A DNA stretch of 64,000 nucleotides from Candidatus Omnitrophota bacterium. GTDB lineage: Bacteria > Omnitrophota > Gorgyraeia > Zapsychrales > JANLHA01. The notes beneath the pieces were generated by a model that worked only from the letters and a program-made list of their open reading frames with translations, did not search any database and was not told the DNA's origin. Below are positions 11,646 to 19,901 of this stretch, piece after piece; position 1 is the first letter of the stretch; each line of letters begins with the position of its first letter. The stretch covers positions 323,277-387,276 of the forward strand of contig JAKLFA010000001.1 in the NCBI GenBank assembly GCA_022711395.1, given 5' to 3'. Position numbers and translations under genes: made by a program.

Positions 11646-11734
11646 AGGATGATTGTCGTATAAACACCGTTAAAAGTCAACCCACAAATTAAATTTCAGG
11701 GCCTTTGACGGGTGGAATGGTCTGAAGGTTCACC

Positions 11735-11763
11735 TTGATTTTTAGAAATCCTGATATATAATA
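11735..11763 (+). promoter_or_regulatory. Candidate sigma70 promoter for PFOR gene (TTGATT-17-TATAAT)
   Basis: TTGATT at 11735-11740 and TATAAT at 11758-11763 in the 200 nt AT-rich gap upstream of the PFOR start. Confidence 0.3.
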
Positions 11764-11845
11764 GAGCAAACCTTTTTACCCAAATCAAAAAATTACAAGT
11801 TATTCCTATCGTTATGATATGGTTGTTTAACCGGAAAGGATTCTC

Positions 11846-14800
11846 ATGAACAGACAGAAGGTTACAATTGACGGAAATGAAGCTGCGGCCTATGTCGCGC
11901 ATAAAGTGTCGGAAGTGATCGCGATCTATCCCATCACGCCCTCTTCCAATATGGGGGAATGGGCGGACCTTTGGTCCGCCTCCGGGCATCGGAATATCTG
12001 GGGTACGGTCCCGCTTGTGCAGGAGATGCAGAGCGAAGGCGGGGCGGTCGGGGCCGTTCACGGGGCTTTGCAGACGGGGGCTTTGACGACCACGTTCACG
12101 GCTTCGCAAGGGCTTCTGCTTATGATCCCCAATATGTTCAAGATCGCTGGTGAGCTGACTTCGACGGTATTTCATGTTTCAGCCCGTTCGGTGGCCGCGC
12201 AGGCCTTGTCGATCTTCGGGGACCATTCGGATGTGATGTCAACGCGTTCCACGGGATTCGCCATGCTCGCTTCTAACTCTGTTCAGGAAGTTATGGACCT
12301 GGCGTTGATCGCGCATGCGGCAACGCTTGAGGCGAGGGTCCCGTTTCTGCATTTCTTTGACGGTTTCAGAACGTCCCATGAAGTGGCAAAGATCGAAGAG
12401 CTCGCGATGGATGATTTAAAGGCGATGATCGATGATAATCTGGTATTTGCGCATCGGAAGCGAGCCTTATCGCCGGACCGGCCGGTCCTCAGAGGGACGG
12501 CCCAGAACCCGGACGTGTATTTTCAGGCCCGTGAAGGGGTCAATCCGTATTATGCCCGCTGCCCGCAGATCGTGCAGCAGACCATGGATAAATTCGCCAA
12601 GCTCACAGGACGGAAATACCGCCTCTTTGATTACGTGGGGGCTCCGGACGCTGAGCGCGTGGTGGTCTTGATGGGTTCCGGTGCGGAGGCCGTTGAGGAA
12701 ACGATCACGCATTTGATCAAACAGGGAGAGAAGGTCGGCGTGCTGAAAGTCCGTTTGTACCGCCCGTTCGCGGGGGAGGCGTTCGTTGCCGCTTTGCCAA
12801 AAACGGTGAAAAAGATCTCCGTGCTCGACCGCACAAAGGAGCCTGGTGCGGGTGGAGAGCCGCTGTACCTGGACGTGGTCGCCGCGTTGGCGGAATTCGG
12901 TATTGAGGGGGGATTTAAGGCATTGCCGAAGGTTGTCGGCGGCCGCTACGGCCTTTCTTCCAAAGAGTTCAACCCCGGCATGATCAAGGGGATCTTTGAC
13001 AACCTTTCGGGCGCGCAACCCAAGAACCATTTTACCATTGGGATCGAGGATGATCTCAGCCACACCAGCCTGCCGTATGACGCTGGATTTTCGATCGAGG
13101 ACCCGCAGGGCGTTCAGGCGATCTTTTACGGCCTGGGATCGGACGGGACCGTCGGAGCGAACAAGAACTCCATCAAGATCATCGGGACCGAAACAGAGAA
13201 TTACGCGCAAGGGTATTTTGTTTATGATTCTAAAAAGGCCGGATCGGTCACGGTCTCGCATTTACGGTTCGGGCCAAACCCGATCCGCGCGACCTACTTG
13301 GTCTCAAAGGCCAGTTTTGTCGGCTGCCACCAATTTTCATTCCTGGAAAAATATGACGTGCTGGACACGATCAAGGAAAACGGCGTGTTTTTGCTTAACA
13401 GCCCATACGGACCGGATGAGGTCTGGGACCATATTCCTTACGAGATCCAGGAAAAGCTCATTGAGCGCAAGGCCAAGTTCTACGTGATCGACGCTTATAA
13501 GGTGGCCAAGGAAACGGGAATGGGCGTTCGCATCAACACGATCATGCAGACATGCTTTTTTGCTATATCAGGGGTCCTTCCCAAGGACGAAGCGATCGCC
13601 GCCATCAAGAACGCGATCAAAAAGACCTATGGATCCAAGGGCGAGGAGATCGTTAAGAAAAATTATGTCGCCGTTGACCAGTCCCTGGCCCATCTTCATG
13701 AGGTCAAGGTCCAGGCCAAGGCGACCAGCACTATCCGTAAAAAGCCGGTCGTTCCAGACCAGGCTCCGGAATTCGTCAAGAGCGTGACCGCCAAGATGAT
13801 GGCCGGCAAAGGCGATCATATCCCGGTCGCGTCGCTTCCGGATGACGGCACGTATCCGACGGGCACGACCAAATGGGAAAAACGCAATATCGCCCTGCAG
13901 ATCCCGGTCTGGGATGAAAGCGTCTGTATCCAGTGCGGCAAGTGTATCGCGGTCTGTCCGCACGCGACGGTCCGCATGAAGGCCTATGATCCCAAGGTCC
14001 TTGATGGCGCGCCGGAAACATTTAAATCGACTGACGCCAAAACAAAGGAATGGGAGGGCCAGAAATTCACGATCCAGGTGGCTCCAGAGGACTGCACGGG
14101 TTGCACGCTCTGTATCGAAGCGTGCCCTGCCAAGAACAAGGTCGATCCAAGTAAAAAGGCCTTGAACATGGCCGAGCAGGCTCCTTTGCGTGAGCAGGAG
14201 CAGAAGAATTGGGAGTTCTTTGAAAAGATCCCGGAAATGGACCGCTCCAAGGTCCGAAAAGACACAATCCGGACTGTCCAGGCGCTGCAGCCGCTGTTCG
14301 AGTTCTCAGGCTGCTGTGCCGGCTGCGGGGAAACTCCTTACGTGAAGCTCATTACCCAGCTTTTCGGCGACCGCATGATCGTTGCCAACGCCACAGGGTG
14401 CTCTTCGATCTACGGCGGGAACCTGCCGACGACCCCCTATACGGTCAACGCCCAGGGGCGCGGCCCGGCGTGGTCGAATTCCCTGTTTGAAGACAACGCT
14501 GAGTTCGGCCTGGGATTCCGCCTTACCATTGATAAGCAGGCGGAATTCGCGCGCGAACTTGTAAAAAAACTTTCCGCTCAGATCGGCGATGAGCTTACCA
14601 AGGCGGTTTTGGAGGCTGACCAGGGCACGGAAGAAGGGATTATGCAGCAGCGCGCCCGCGTTGAGCAGCTGAAAAACAAACTTAAGACGGTCAAATCATC
14701 CGAAGCCGCTCATTTGCTCAGCATCGCTGACATGCTGGTGAAAAAGAGCGTCTGGATCTTCGGTGGTGACGGCTGGGCCTATGATATCGGCTACGGCGGC

Positions 14801-15412
14801 CTTGACCATGTGATGGCCTCGGGGCTCAATGTGAACATCTTGGTCCTGGATACGGAGGTCTATTCGAACACCGGCGGTCAGGCCTCTAAATCCACTCCGC
14901 GCGCGGCGGTCGCGAAATTCGCCGCTAACGGAAAACCGGTCGCGAAAAAAGACCTGGCCCGTATGGCGATGACCTACGGTTCGGTCTATGTGGCGACCAT
15001 TGCGCTTGGCGCGAATGATAATCAAACAGTGAAGGCCATTTTGGAGGCTGAGGCTTACAATGGCCCGTCGATCATCCTGGCCTACAGCCATTGTATCGCC
15101 CACGGGATCAATATGGCCAAGGGTTTGGATGAACAGAAGGCCGCTGTCGAATGCGGGCATTGGCCGCTGTTCCGATTCAACCCGTCATTATTGGCTGAAG
15201 GGAAGAACCCTCTGATCCTCGATTCTCGTCCACCGAAAGTGCGTTTTGAAGAATTCGCCTATCGGGAGAATCGTTTCAATATGCTCACCAAGATGAAGCC
15301 TGATTGGGCCAAAGAGCTTCTGAAAAAAGCCCAGGATGACGTTAACTTGAAGTGGAAGATCTATGAAACAATGAAGAACCAATATGACGCGATCTTGGGG
15401 ATCACGGAGTGA
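11846..15412 (+). CDS. nifJ: Pyruvate:ferredoxin (flavodoxin) oxidoreductase, single-chain fused type
   Basis: 1188 aa. N-terminal KVTIDGNEAAAYVAHKVSEVIAIYPITPSS. Two ferredoxin-type CxxCxxCxxxCP motifs (CIQCGKCIAVCP, CTGCTLCIEACP) in the middle. TPP-binding GDGW...Y in the C-terminal domain. Confidence 0.95.
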   Translation: MNRQKVTIDGNEAAAYVAHKVSEVIAIYPITPSSNMGEWADLWSASGHRNIWGTVPLVQEMQSEGGAVGAVHGALQTGALTTTFTASQGLLLMIPNMFKIAGELTSTVFHVSARSVAAQALSIFGDHSDVMSTRSTGFAMLASNSVQEVMDLALIAHAATLEARVPFLHFFDGFRTSHEVAKIEELAMDDLKAMIDDNLVFAHRKRALSPDRPVLRGTAQNPDVYFQAREGVNPYYARCPQIVQQTMDKFAKLTGRKYRLFDYVGAPDAERVVVLMGSGAEAVEETITHLIKQGEKVGVLKVRLYRPFAGEAFVAALPKTVKKISVLDRTKEPGAGGEPLYLDVVAALAEFGIEGGFKALPKVVGGRYGLSSKEFNPGMIKGIFDNLSGAQPKNHFTIGIEDDLSHTSLPYDAGFSIEDPQGVQAIFYGLGSDGTVGANKNSIKIIGTETENYAQGYFVYDSKKAGSVTVSHLRFGPNPIRATYLVSKASFVGCHQFSFLEKYDVLDTIKENGVFLLNSPYGPDEVWDHIPYEIQEKLIERKAKFYVIDAYKVAKETGMGVRINTIMQTCFFAISGVLPKDEAIAAIKNAIKKTYGSKGEEIVKKNYVAVDQSLAHLHEVKVQAKATSTIRKKPVVPDQAPEFVKSVTAKMMAGKGDHIPVASLPDDGTYPTGTTKWEKRNIALQIPVWDESVCIQCGKCIAVCPHATVRMKAYDPKVLDGAPETFKSTDAKTKEWEGQKFTIQVAPEDCTGCTLCIEACPAKNKVDPSKKALNMAEQAPLREQEQKNWEFFEKIPEMDRSKVRKDTIRTVQALQPLFEFSGCCAGCGETPYVKLITQLFGDRMIVANATGCSSIYGGNLPTTPYTVNAQGRGPAWSNSLFEDNAEFGLGFRLTIDKQAEFARELVKKLSAQIGDELTKAVLEADQGTEEGIMQQRARVEQLKNKLKTVKSSEAAHLLSIADMLVKKSVWIFGGDGWAYDIGYGGLDHVMASGLNVNILVLDTEVYSNTGGQASKSTPRAAVAKFAANGKPVAKKDLARMAMTYGSVYVATIALGANDNQTVKAILEAEAYNGPSIILAYSHCIAHGINMAKGLDEQKAAVECGHWPLFRFNPSLLAEGKNPLILDSRPPKVRFEEFAYRENRFNMLTKMKPDWAKELLKKAQDDVNLKWKIYETMKNQYDAILGITE

Positions 15413-15447
15413 TCCGTCCGAACACTTAAAGGGAGAGGAAAACATCC

Positions 15448-16440
15448 ATGGATTTAAAAACACAATATCTGGGATTGGAACTGAAAAACCCGCTGGTCGT
15501 CTCAGCATCACCGTTGACCAAGGAACTCGACAATTTCAAAAAGCTCGAGGATGCCGGCGTTGCGGCGATCGTCTGCCATTCGATCTTTGAGGAGCAGCTG
15601 ACGCACGAAAAGGCTGAGCTTGATCATCACCTGGCCCAAGGCACGGAAAGTTTCGCGGAGGCGTTAAGCTATTTTCCGGTGGCTGATGATTTCAAACTGG
15701 GTCCGGAGGAATATTTAAATCAGATCCGTAAGGCCAAAGCAAACTTGGATATCCCCGTGATCGGCAGTTTGAACGGGCACACGATGGGCGGCTGGACGGA
15801 CTATGCCAAACAGATCGAACTGGCCGGAGCCGACGCGCTGGAGCTCAACGTCTATTTTTTGGCGACCCAGTTAGAGACGACCCCCGAGGCCGTGGAGGCG
15901 AATTATAAGGAGATCGTCAAGGCTGTGAAGTCAACCGTAAAGATCCCGGTCGCGGTGAAATTAAGCCCGTATTTCAGCGCGATGTCCAATTTCGTTAAAC
16001 GTTTGGACGACGCAGGCACCGACGGGTTTGTGATGTTCAACCGTTTTTATCAACCGGACCTGGATATTGATAGCCTGGATGTGGTTCCCAGCATTCAATT
16101 AAGCACGTCCGCCGAGTTGCGCCTTCCTTTAAGATGGATCGCGATCCTCTATGGAAAGATCAAGGCCAGCCTGGCGGCCAACAGCGGCATTCACACCGGG
16201 CATGATATGGTCAAAGCGGTCATGGCCGGGGCGGATGTCGCCATGTCCTGCGCAACGTTCTTGGTTCACGGGCCTCAGCACGCCAAGGTTATGCTCACCG
16301 AGATGGGCTCCTGGATGGAGAAGAACAAATATGAATCGGTCGCCAAGATGAAGGGGGTCTTGAGCCAGAAAACATGTCCTCATCCGGAAAGCTTTGAACG
16401 CGCGAATTACATGCGGGCGCTCAATGAGTTTGAATATTGA
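15448..16440 (+). CDS. Dihydroorotate dehydrogenase-like (PyrD-fold TIM-barrel flavoprotein, non-canonical active site)
   Basis: N-terminal LGLELKNPLVVSASPLT resembles class 1 DHOD. The position of the catalytic LNxSCPN motif reads ELNVYFLATQ, with no Cys or Ser base. Start 35 nt after the PFOR stop, with RBS AGGGAGAGGA. Confidence 0.65.
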   Translation: MDLKTQYLGLELKNPLVVSASPLTKELDNFKKLEDAGVAAIVCHSIFEEQLTHEKAELDHHLAQGTESFAEALSYFPVADDFKLGPEEYLNQIRKAKANLDIPVIGSLNGHTMGGWTDYAKQIELAGADALELNVYFLATQLETTPEAVEANYKEIVKAVKSTVKIPVAVKLSPYFSAMSNFVKRLDDAGTDGFVMFNRFYQPDLDIDSLDVVPSIQLSTSAELRLPLRWIAILYGKIKASLAANSGIHTGHDMVKAVMAGADVAMSCATFLVHGPQHAKVMLTEMGSWMEKNKYESVAKMKGVLSQKTCPHPESFERANYMRALNEFEY

Positions 16441-16465
16441 TCGTTTTAAAACAATCATGGCCTCT

Positions 16466-16502
16466 AAAAAACGGTTAGGGTTTTCATCCTGACCGTTTTT
16501 TG
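16466..16502 (+). terminator. Rho-independent terminator
   Basis: Hairpin aaacggttagg / cctgaccgttt followed by a T-run tttttg, directly after the DHOD-like gene. Confidence 0.5.
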
Positions 16503-16515
16503 TTATGATATCAGT

Positions 16516-18738
16516 ATGGATAAGGCTTATGGAAAACCCGCCGCGTTCCTTTTAGGCCTGACCGGCATCCTCGCCCAAACGGTCCTCATGCGCGACCTTG
16601 TTGCGGTGTTTTACGGCAATGAACTGTCCTATGCGGTCAGCCTTGCTTCCTGGCTCGTGTGGGTTGGTTTGGGAAGTTTGTTCTTTCAGGAAGTGCTGAA
16701 AAAGGCCAAGCATCCGCGATTCCTACGACCGCTTCTTTTTTTGACGCTGGGAGCGGTTATTCCACTGATGATCTACGGAATACATTTTATCAGGTCCGGT
16801 TTCGGTCTGAAGGCGGGTGAAATGCTGGGTCTGGTCCCGCTTCTGTTATCATCTTTCGCCCTGACAGCGCCGACGGGATTCATGGTCGGCGCGATCTTCA
16901 GCATCCTTTGTTTTGAGCTCAGGCAAGACCGTTCCGCCGAGCATGTCTATCTTTGGGAATCGATCGGCTCAGCCTGCGGCGGAGTGTTTTTTGCCGGCAT
17001 CCTGGTCCACTTTTTTTCGACCACGGTCCTGGCCTGGAGCCTCACGCTTCTATGCGCTGTGTTTGTGCTGTGGAAAAGGCCAAATTCAAAATGGATAGGC
17101 CTGCTGAGCCTTTTCCTGTTTCTGGTTTCTGTTTGCGGGATCGTTTTCAGGGAAATTTTCGATCTTGAACGCGTGCTTTGGCAGAATCAATGGTCGGAAG
17201 GAAAGTTGATCGCCATTGAAGATTCGCCATATGGGAAGATCTCGATCTCGCGCCGCATGGAGCAGATCAGTGTCTATGAGGACGGCCAGTTAAGCTTTAC
17301 GGTTCCGGATGCTTTGAGCGCCGAGGAGTATGTGCATTTTGCCATGCTCGCGCATCCGGACCCTCAGCGTGTCCTGCTGATCGGTAATGGGCTGGGAGGG
17401 GAGCTGGAAGAGGTCTTAAAATATCCGCGGGTTTTTCTGGATTTTGTCACCCTGGACGCAAAGGCCTTTTCGCTGGTCCGCAGGTATCTTCCGGACAAGA
17501 GCCGTGAGGTCCTTGATGATCCGGATCTGGGAATTCACGTCGAAGATGGAAGGCTCTTTGTGAAGAAGGCAAAGTGCCGTTATGATGTGATCATCATCAA
17601 TACCGGGGACCCTCACACCGCCCGGGCGAACCGTTATTACACGGAAGATTTTTTTAAAGAAGCCGCCCGCATCCTTTCGCCGGGCGGGGTTTTGACGGTC
17701 AGCGCGTCCTCTTCAGCAAACTATCTCAGCCGGGAAAACAGGACATTTTTGCGTTCCGTCAATTCAACCTTGAAGCAGGTCTTTCTGCAGGTGGTTTCCA
17801 TTCCGGGGGACAATCATATTTTTTTGGCTTCTGATTCGAAAGGCCGGTTGGATGCCCGCCCGGAAGCATTCGCCGGCCGTTTTGAGCAGGCGGGGATCAC
17901 GGCCCAATATGTTCAGCCGTATGAACTGCCGTTTCGGCTGGATCCTCGACGGATGGCGGAAGTGGAAACGATCCTAAAAGATCCCGGTGAGATCAACCGT
18001 GACCTGAAGCCGACTGTGTATTTATTTAACATCGCGCTCTGGTCAACGCATTTTGATACGTTTCTGAGCAGGATGATCGAAAAGATCTTTAAGATTCCCG
18101 TTTACGTTCTGGTGGCGGTTCCGGCAGTTGTTCTTTTGGCGGGGGGCTGGGCCGCGTCCCGCAAGCGCCGGAATATTTTTATCCTGGCTGTGGCGTTAAG
18201 CGGTTTTTCCGAGATTATTTTTGAGGTCGTCGTGATCATGGCCTTTCAGTCCCTTTACGGGATCGCCTATGAGCGGATCGCTTTGATCCTGGCGTCATTC
18301 ATGGCAGGGCTTGTCTTTGGGGTCCTGTCCGTGGGCGGGCGGAATAAGGGGCCGGAATGCTGGAAGGATTCTTTTGCGAACGTCCAGGCGGGGATGATCA
18401 TCTATCCGTTATTGCTTCCAACGATATTCTTCCTTTTCAGGGATGCGGCTTTTCTGGCGTCGAGAACGGCCGTTCTTTCGGTGGTGTTTTCCTGTTTGCC
18501 GGCCGTCGCGGGGTTCATGGGCGGGCGTCAGTTCATTCTGGCCAACCGCATTCTGGACCCGGAGCAATGTTCCAAGGGGCCTCTTCTTTATTCCTGGGAT
18601 GTCTTTGGGGCGGCGGTGGGGGCGCTTTTGACCGCGACGGTCCTGGTCCCGGTCTATGGGATCATTCCGACCTGCCTGTTGTGCGCGGGCATTAATCTGG
18701 CCGTGTGGGTCGTTCTGAAATCCGGAAAGAGGTCCTGA
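16516..18738 (+). CDS. Spermidine synthase-like protein fused to N- and C-terminal polytopic membrane domains
   Basis: Central PABS/aminopropyltransferase block (VLLIGNGLGGE ... DVIIINTGDP). It is flanked by about 7 N-terminal and 6 C-terminal TM helices. 740 aa. Confidence 0.75.
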   Translation: MDKAYGKPAAFLLGLTGILAQTVLMRDLVAVFYGNELSYAVSLASWLVWVGLGSLFFQEVLKKAKHPRFLRPLLFLTLGAVIPLMIYGIHFIRSGFGLKAGEMLGLVPLLLSSFALTAPTGFMVGAIFSILCFELRQDRSAEHVYLWESIGSACGGVFFAGILVHFFSTTVLAWSLTLLCAVFVLWKRPNSKWIGLLSLFLFLVSVCGIVFREIFDLERVLWQNQWSEGKLIAIEDSPYGKISISRRMEQISVYEDGQLSFTVPDALSAEEYVHFAMLAHPDPQRVLLIGNGLGGELEEVLKYPRVFLDFVTLDAKAFSLVRRYLPDKSREVLDDPDLGIHVEDGRLFVKKAKCRYDVIIINTGDPHTARANRYYTEDFFKEAARILSPGGVLTVSASSSANYLSRENRTFLRSVNSTLKQVFLQVVSIPGDNHIFLASDSKGRLDARPEAFAGRFEQAGITAQYVQPYELPFRLDPRRMAEVETILKDPGEINRDLKPTVYLFNIALWSTHFDTFLSRMIEKIFKIPVYVLVAVPAVVLLAGGWAASRKRRNIFILAVALSGFSEIIFEVVVIMAFQSLYGIAYERIALILASFMAGLVFGVLSVGGRNKGPECWKDSFANVQAGMIIYPLLLPTIFFLFRDAAFLASRTAVLSVVFSCLPAVAGFMGGRQFILANRILDPEQCSKGPLLYSWDVFGAAVGALLTATVLVPVYGIIPTCLLCAGINLAVWVVLKSGKRS

Positions 18739-18742
18739 AAGA

Positions 18743-18910
18743 TCAACCGGCCAGCCGGTCAGACCGGCGGTAGAATTGGGCCTTTTTCAGCGGGCGGGAA
18801 TGCCTGTCTTCGGATGTTTTGGTGAAGATGGCAAGCGTCCGCAGGACATACAGGGCGAAAAGCCCGACGGTAAATCCATACATTCTTTTCAGAAATTCTC
18901 TGCGTGTCAT
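18743..18910 (-). CDS. Small ORF with perfect twin-arginine (Tat) consensus TRREFLK plus one hydrophobic helix; possible truncated remnant
   Basis: MTRREFLKRMYGFTVGLFALYVLRTLAIF..., 55 aa. GGAAACG RBS 7 nt upstream. Begins 10 nt after the AmrS stop. It cannot extend further because of the convergent gene ending at 18738. Confidence 0.35.
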   Translation of the reverse strand: MTRREFLKRMYGFTVGLFALYVLRTLAIFTKTSEDRHSRPLKKAQFYRRSDRLAG

Positions 18911-18920
18911 AATCGTTTCC

Positions 18921-19901
18921 TTACCTTGTCCAGATCCCCGCAATGGGATGCTGGCAGAATTCGCACCGGCCGTCCGCCAAATGGTTTTCGGTGATCGTAT
19001 AACCGATGCGCTTGATCAGAATGTTCTTGCAGCCCGGGCAATAGGTGTTGTTCCCGGGATGCCCGGGGATGTTCCCGATATAAGCGTAATGAAGCCCTTC
19101 GGACTTGGCGATCTCCCAGGCCATATCCAGCGTGGATACGGGAGTGGGAGGAAGGTTCTTTAATTGATGCATGGGTGAGAATTTTGAAAAATGAAGCGGC
19201 GTGTCCGCCCCGCAGGATTCCTTGACCCACCGGACGAGCGCGCGCACATCCCCGGGTGAGTCGTTCCATGTCGGAACGACCAAATTAGTGATCTCGACCC
19301 AAACGCCCAGACGCTTCATGGTCAGGATGCAGTCCTGGACAGGCTTGAGGTGCGCATCGCTCATCGACTGATAAAATTCATCCGTGATGCCTTTAAGATC
19401 GACATTCGCGGCGTCCAGATAGGGACAGAGCTTTTTAAGCGGCGGCTGTTCGATATATCCGGCGGTCACGAAGACGTTCAAAAGGCCTTTGTCCTTGGCA
19501 AGCCGGGCGGTATCGTAAACATATTCATAAAAAATGATTGGGTCAGAGTAGGTGTAGGCAATGCTGCGGCACCCGGACGAAAGGGCCTCCCGGACGACCG
19601 CTTCAGGGCTGAGCTCATAGTTTTGCGTTTCCTCCGGAGGGCGCTGGGAGATCTGCCAGTTCTGGCAGTATTTGCAGTGCAGGTTGCATCCGGCCGTGGC
19701 GATGGAAAAAGACCCGCTGGTCGGCAGGACATGATAGAGCGGTTTTTTTTCGATCGGATCGATATGGACGGAGCAGGGGTTGGCGTAGGCCAGAGTTTTC
19801 AGTTCGCCATCGAGGTGGATGCGGACGCGGCAATCCCCGCGTTCACCTTCAGCGAGGCGGCAATGGCGGGGGCAGAGTTCGCATTCAATGATCTTATTCA
19901 T
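18921..19901 (-). CDS. amrS: AmmeMemoRadiSam-system-type radical SAM enzyme (AmrS; PflA-like)
   Basis: N-terminal Cys-rich CELCPRHCRLAEGERGDCRVR. Then DPIEKKPLYHVLPTSGSFSIATAGCNLHCKYCQNWQIS, the hallmark of the AmrS family. 326 aa. Confidence 0.85.
   Translation of the reverse strand: MNKIIECELCPRHCRLAEGERGDCRVRIHLDGELKTLAYANPCSVHIDPIEKKPLYHVLPTSGSFSIATAGCNLHCKYCQNWQISQRPPEETQNYELSPEAVVREALSSGCRSIAYTYSDPIIFYEYVYDTARLAKDKGLLNVFVTAGYIEQPPLKKLCPYLDAANVDLKGITDEFYQSMSDAHLKPVQDCILTMKRLGVWVEITNLVVPTWNDSPGDVRALVRWVKESCGADTPLHFSKFSPMHQLKNLPPTPVSTLDMAWEIAKSEGLHYAYIGNIPGHPGNNTYCPGCKNILIKRIGYTITENHLADGRCEFCQHPIAGIWTR

Noticed and set aside
12467-13261. 264 aa antisense ORF inside the PFOR gene (and similar long antisense ORFs at 13568-13963, 14696-15160)
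   Set aside because: The sense frame carries unmistakable PFOR motifs. The antisense frames are Arg/Pro-rich, typical of spurious ORFs in GC-rich coding DNA.
18911-18943. Longer version of the Tat-motif ORF starting at 18943 (MRGSGQGKETIM...)
   Set aside because: It would overlap the amrS 3' end and lacks an RBS. The internal ATG at 18910 has a GGAA RBS and starts exactly at the Tat n-region.
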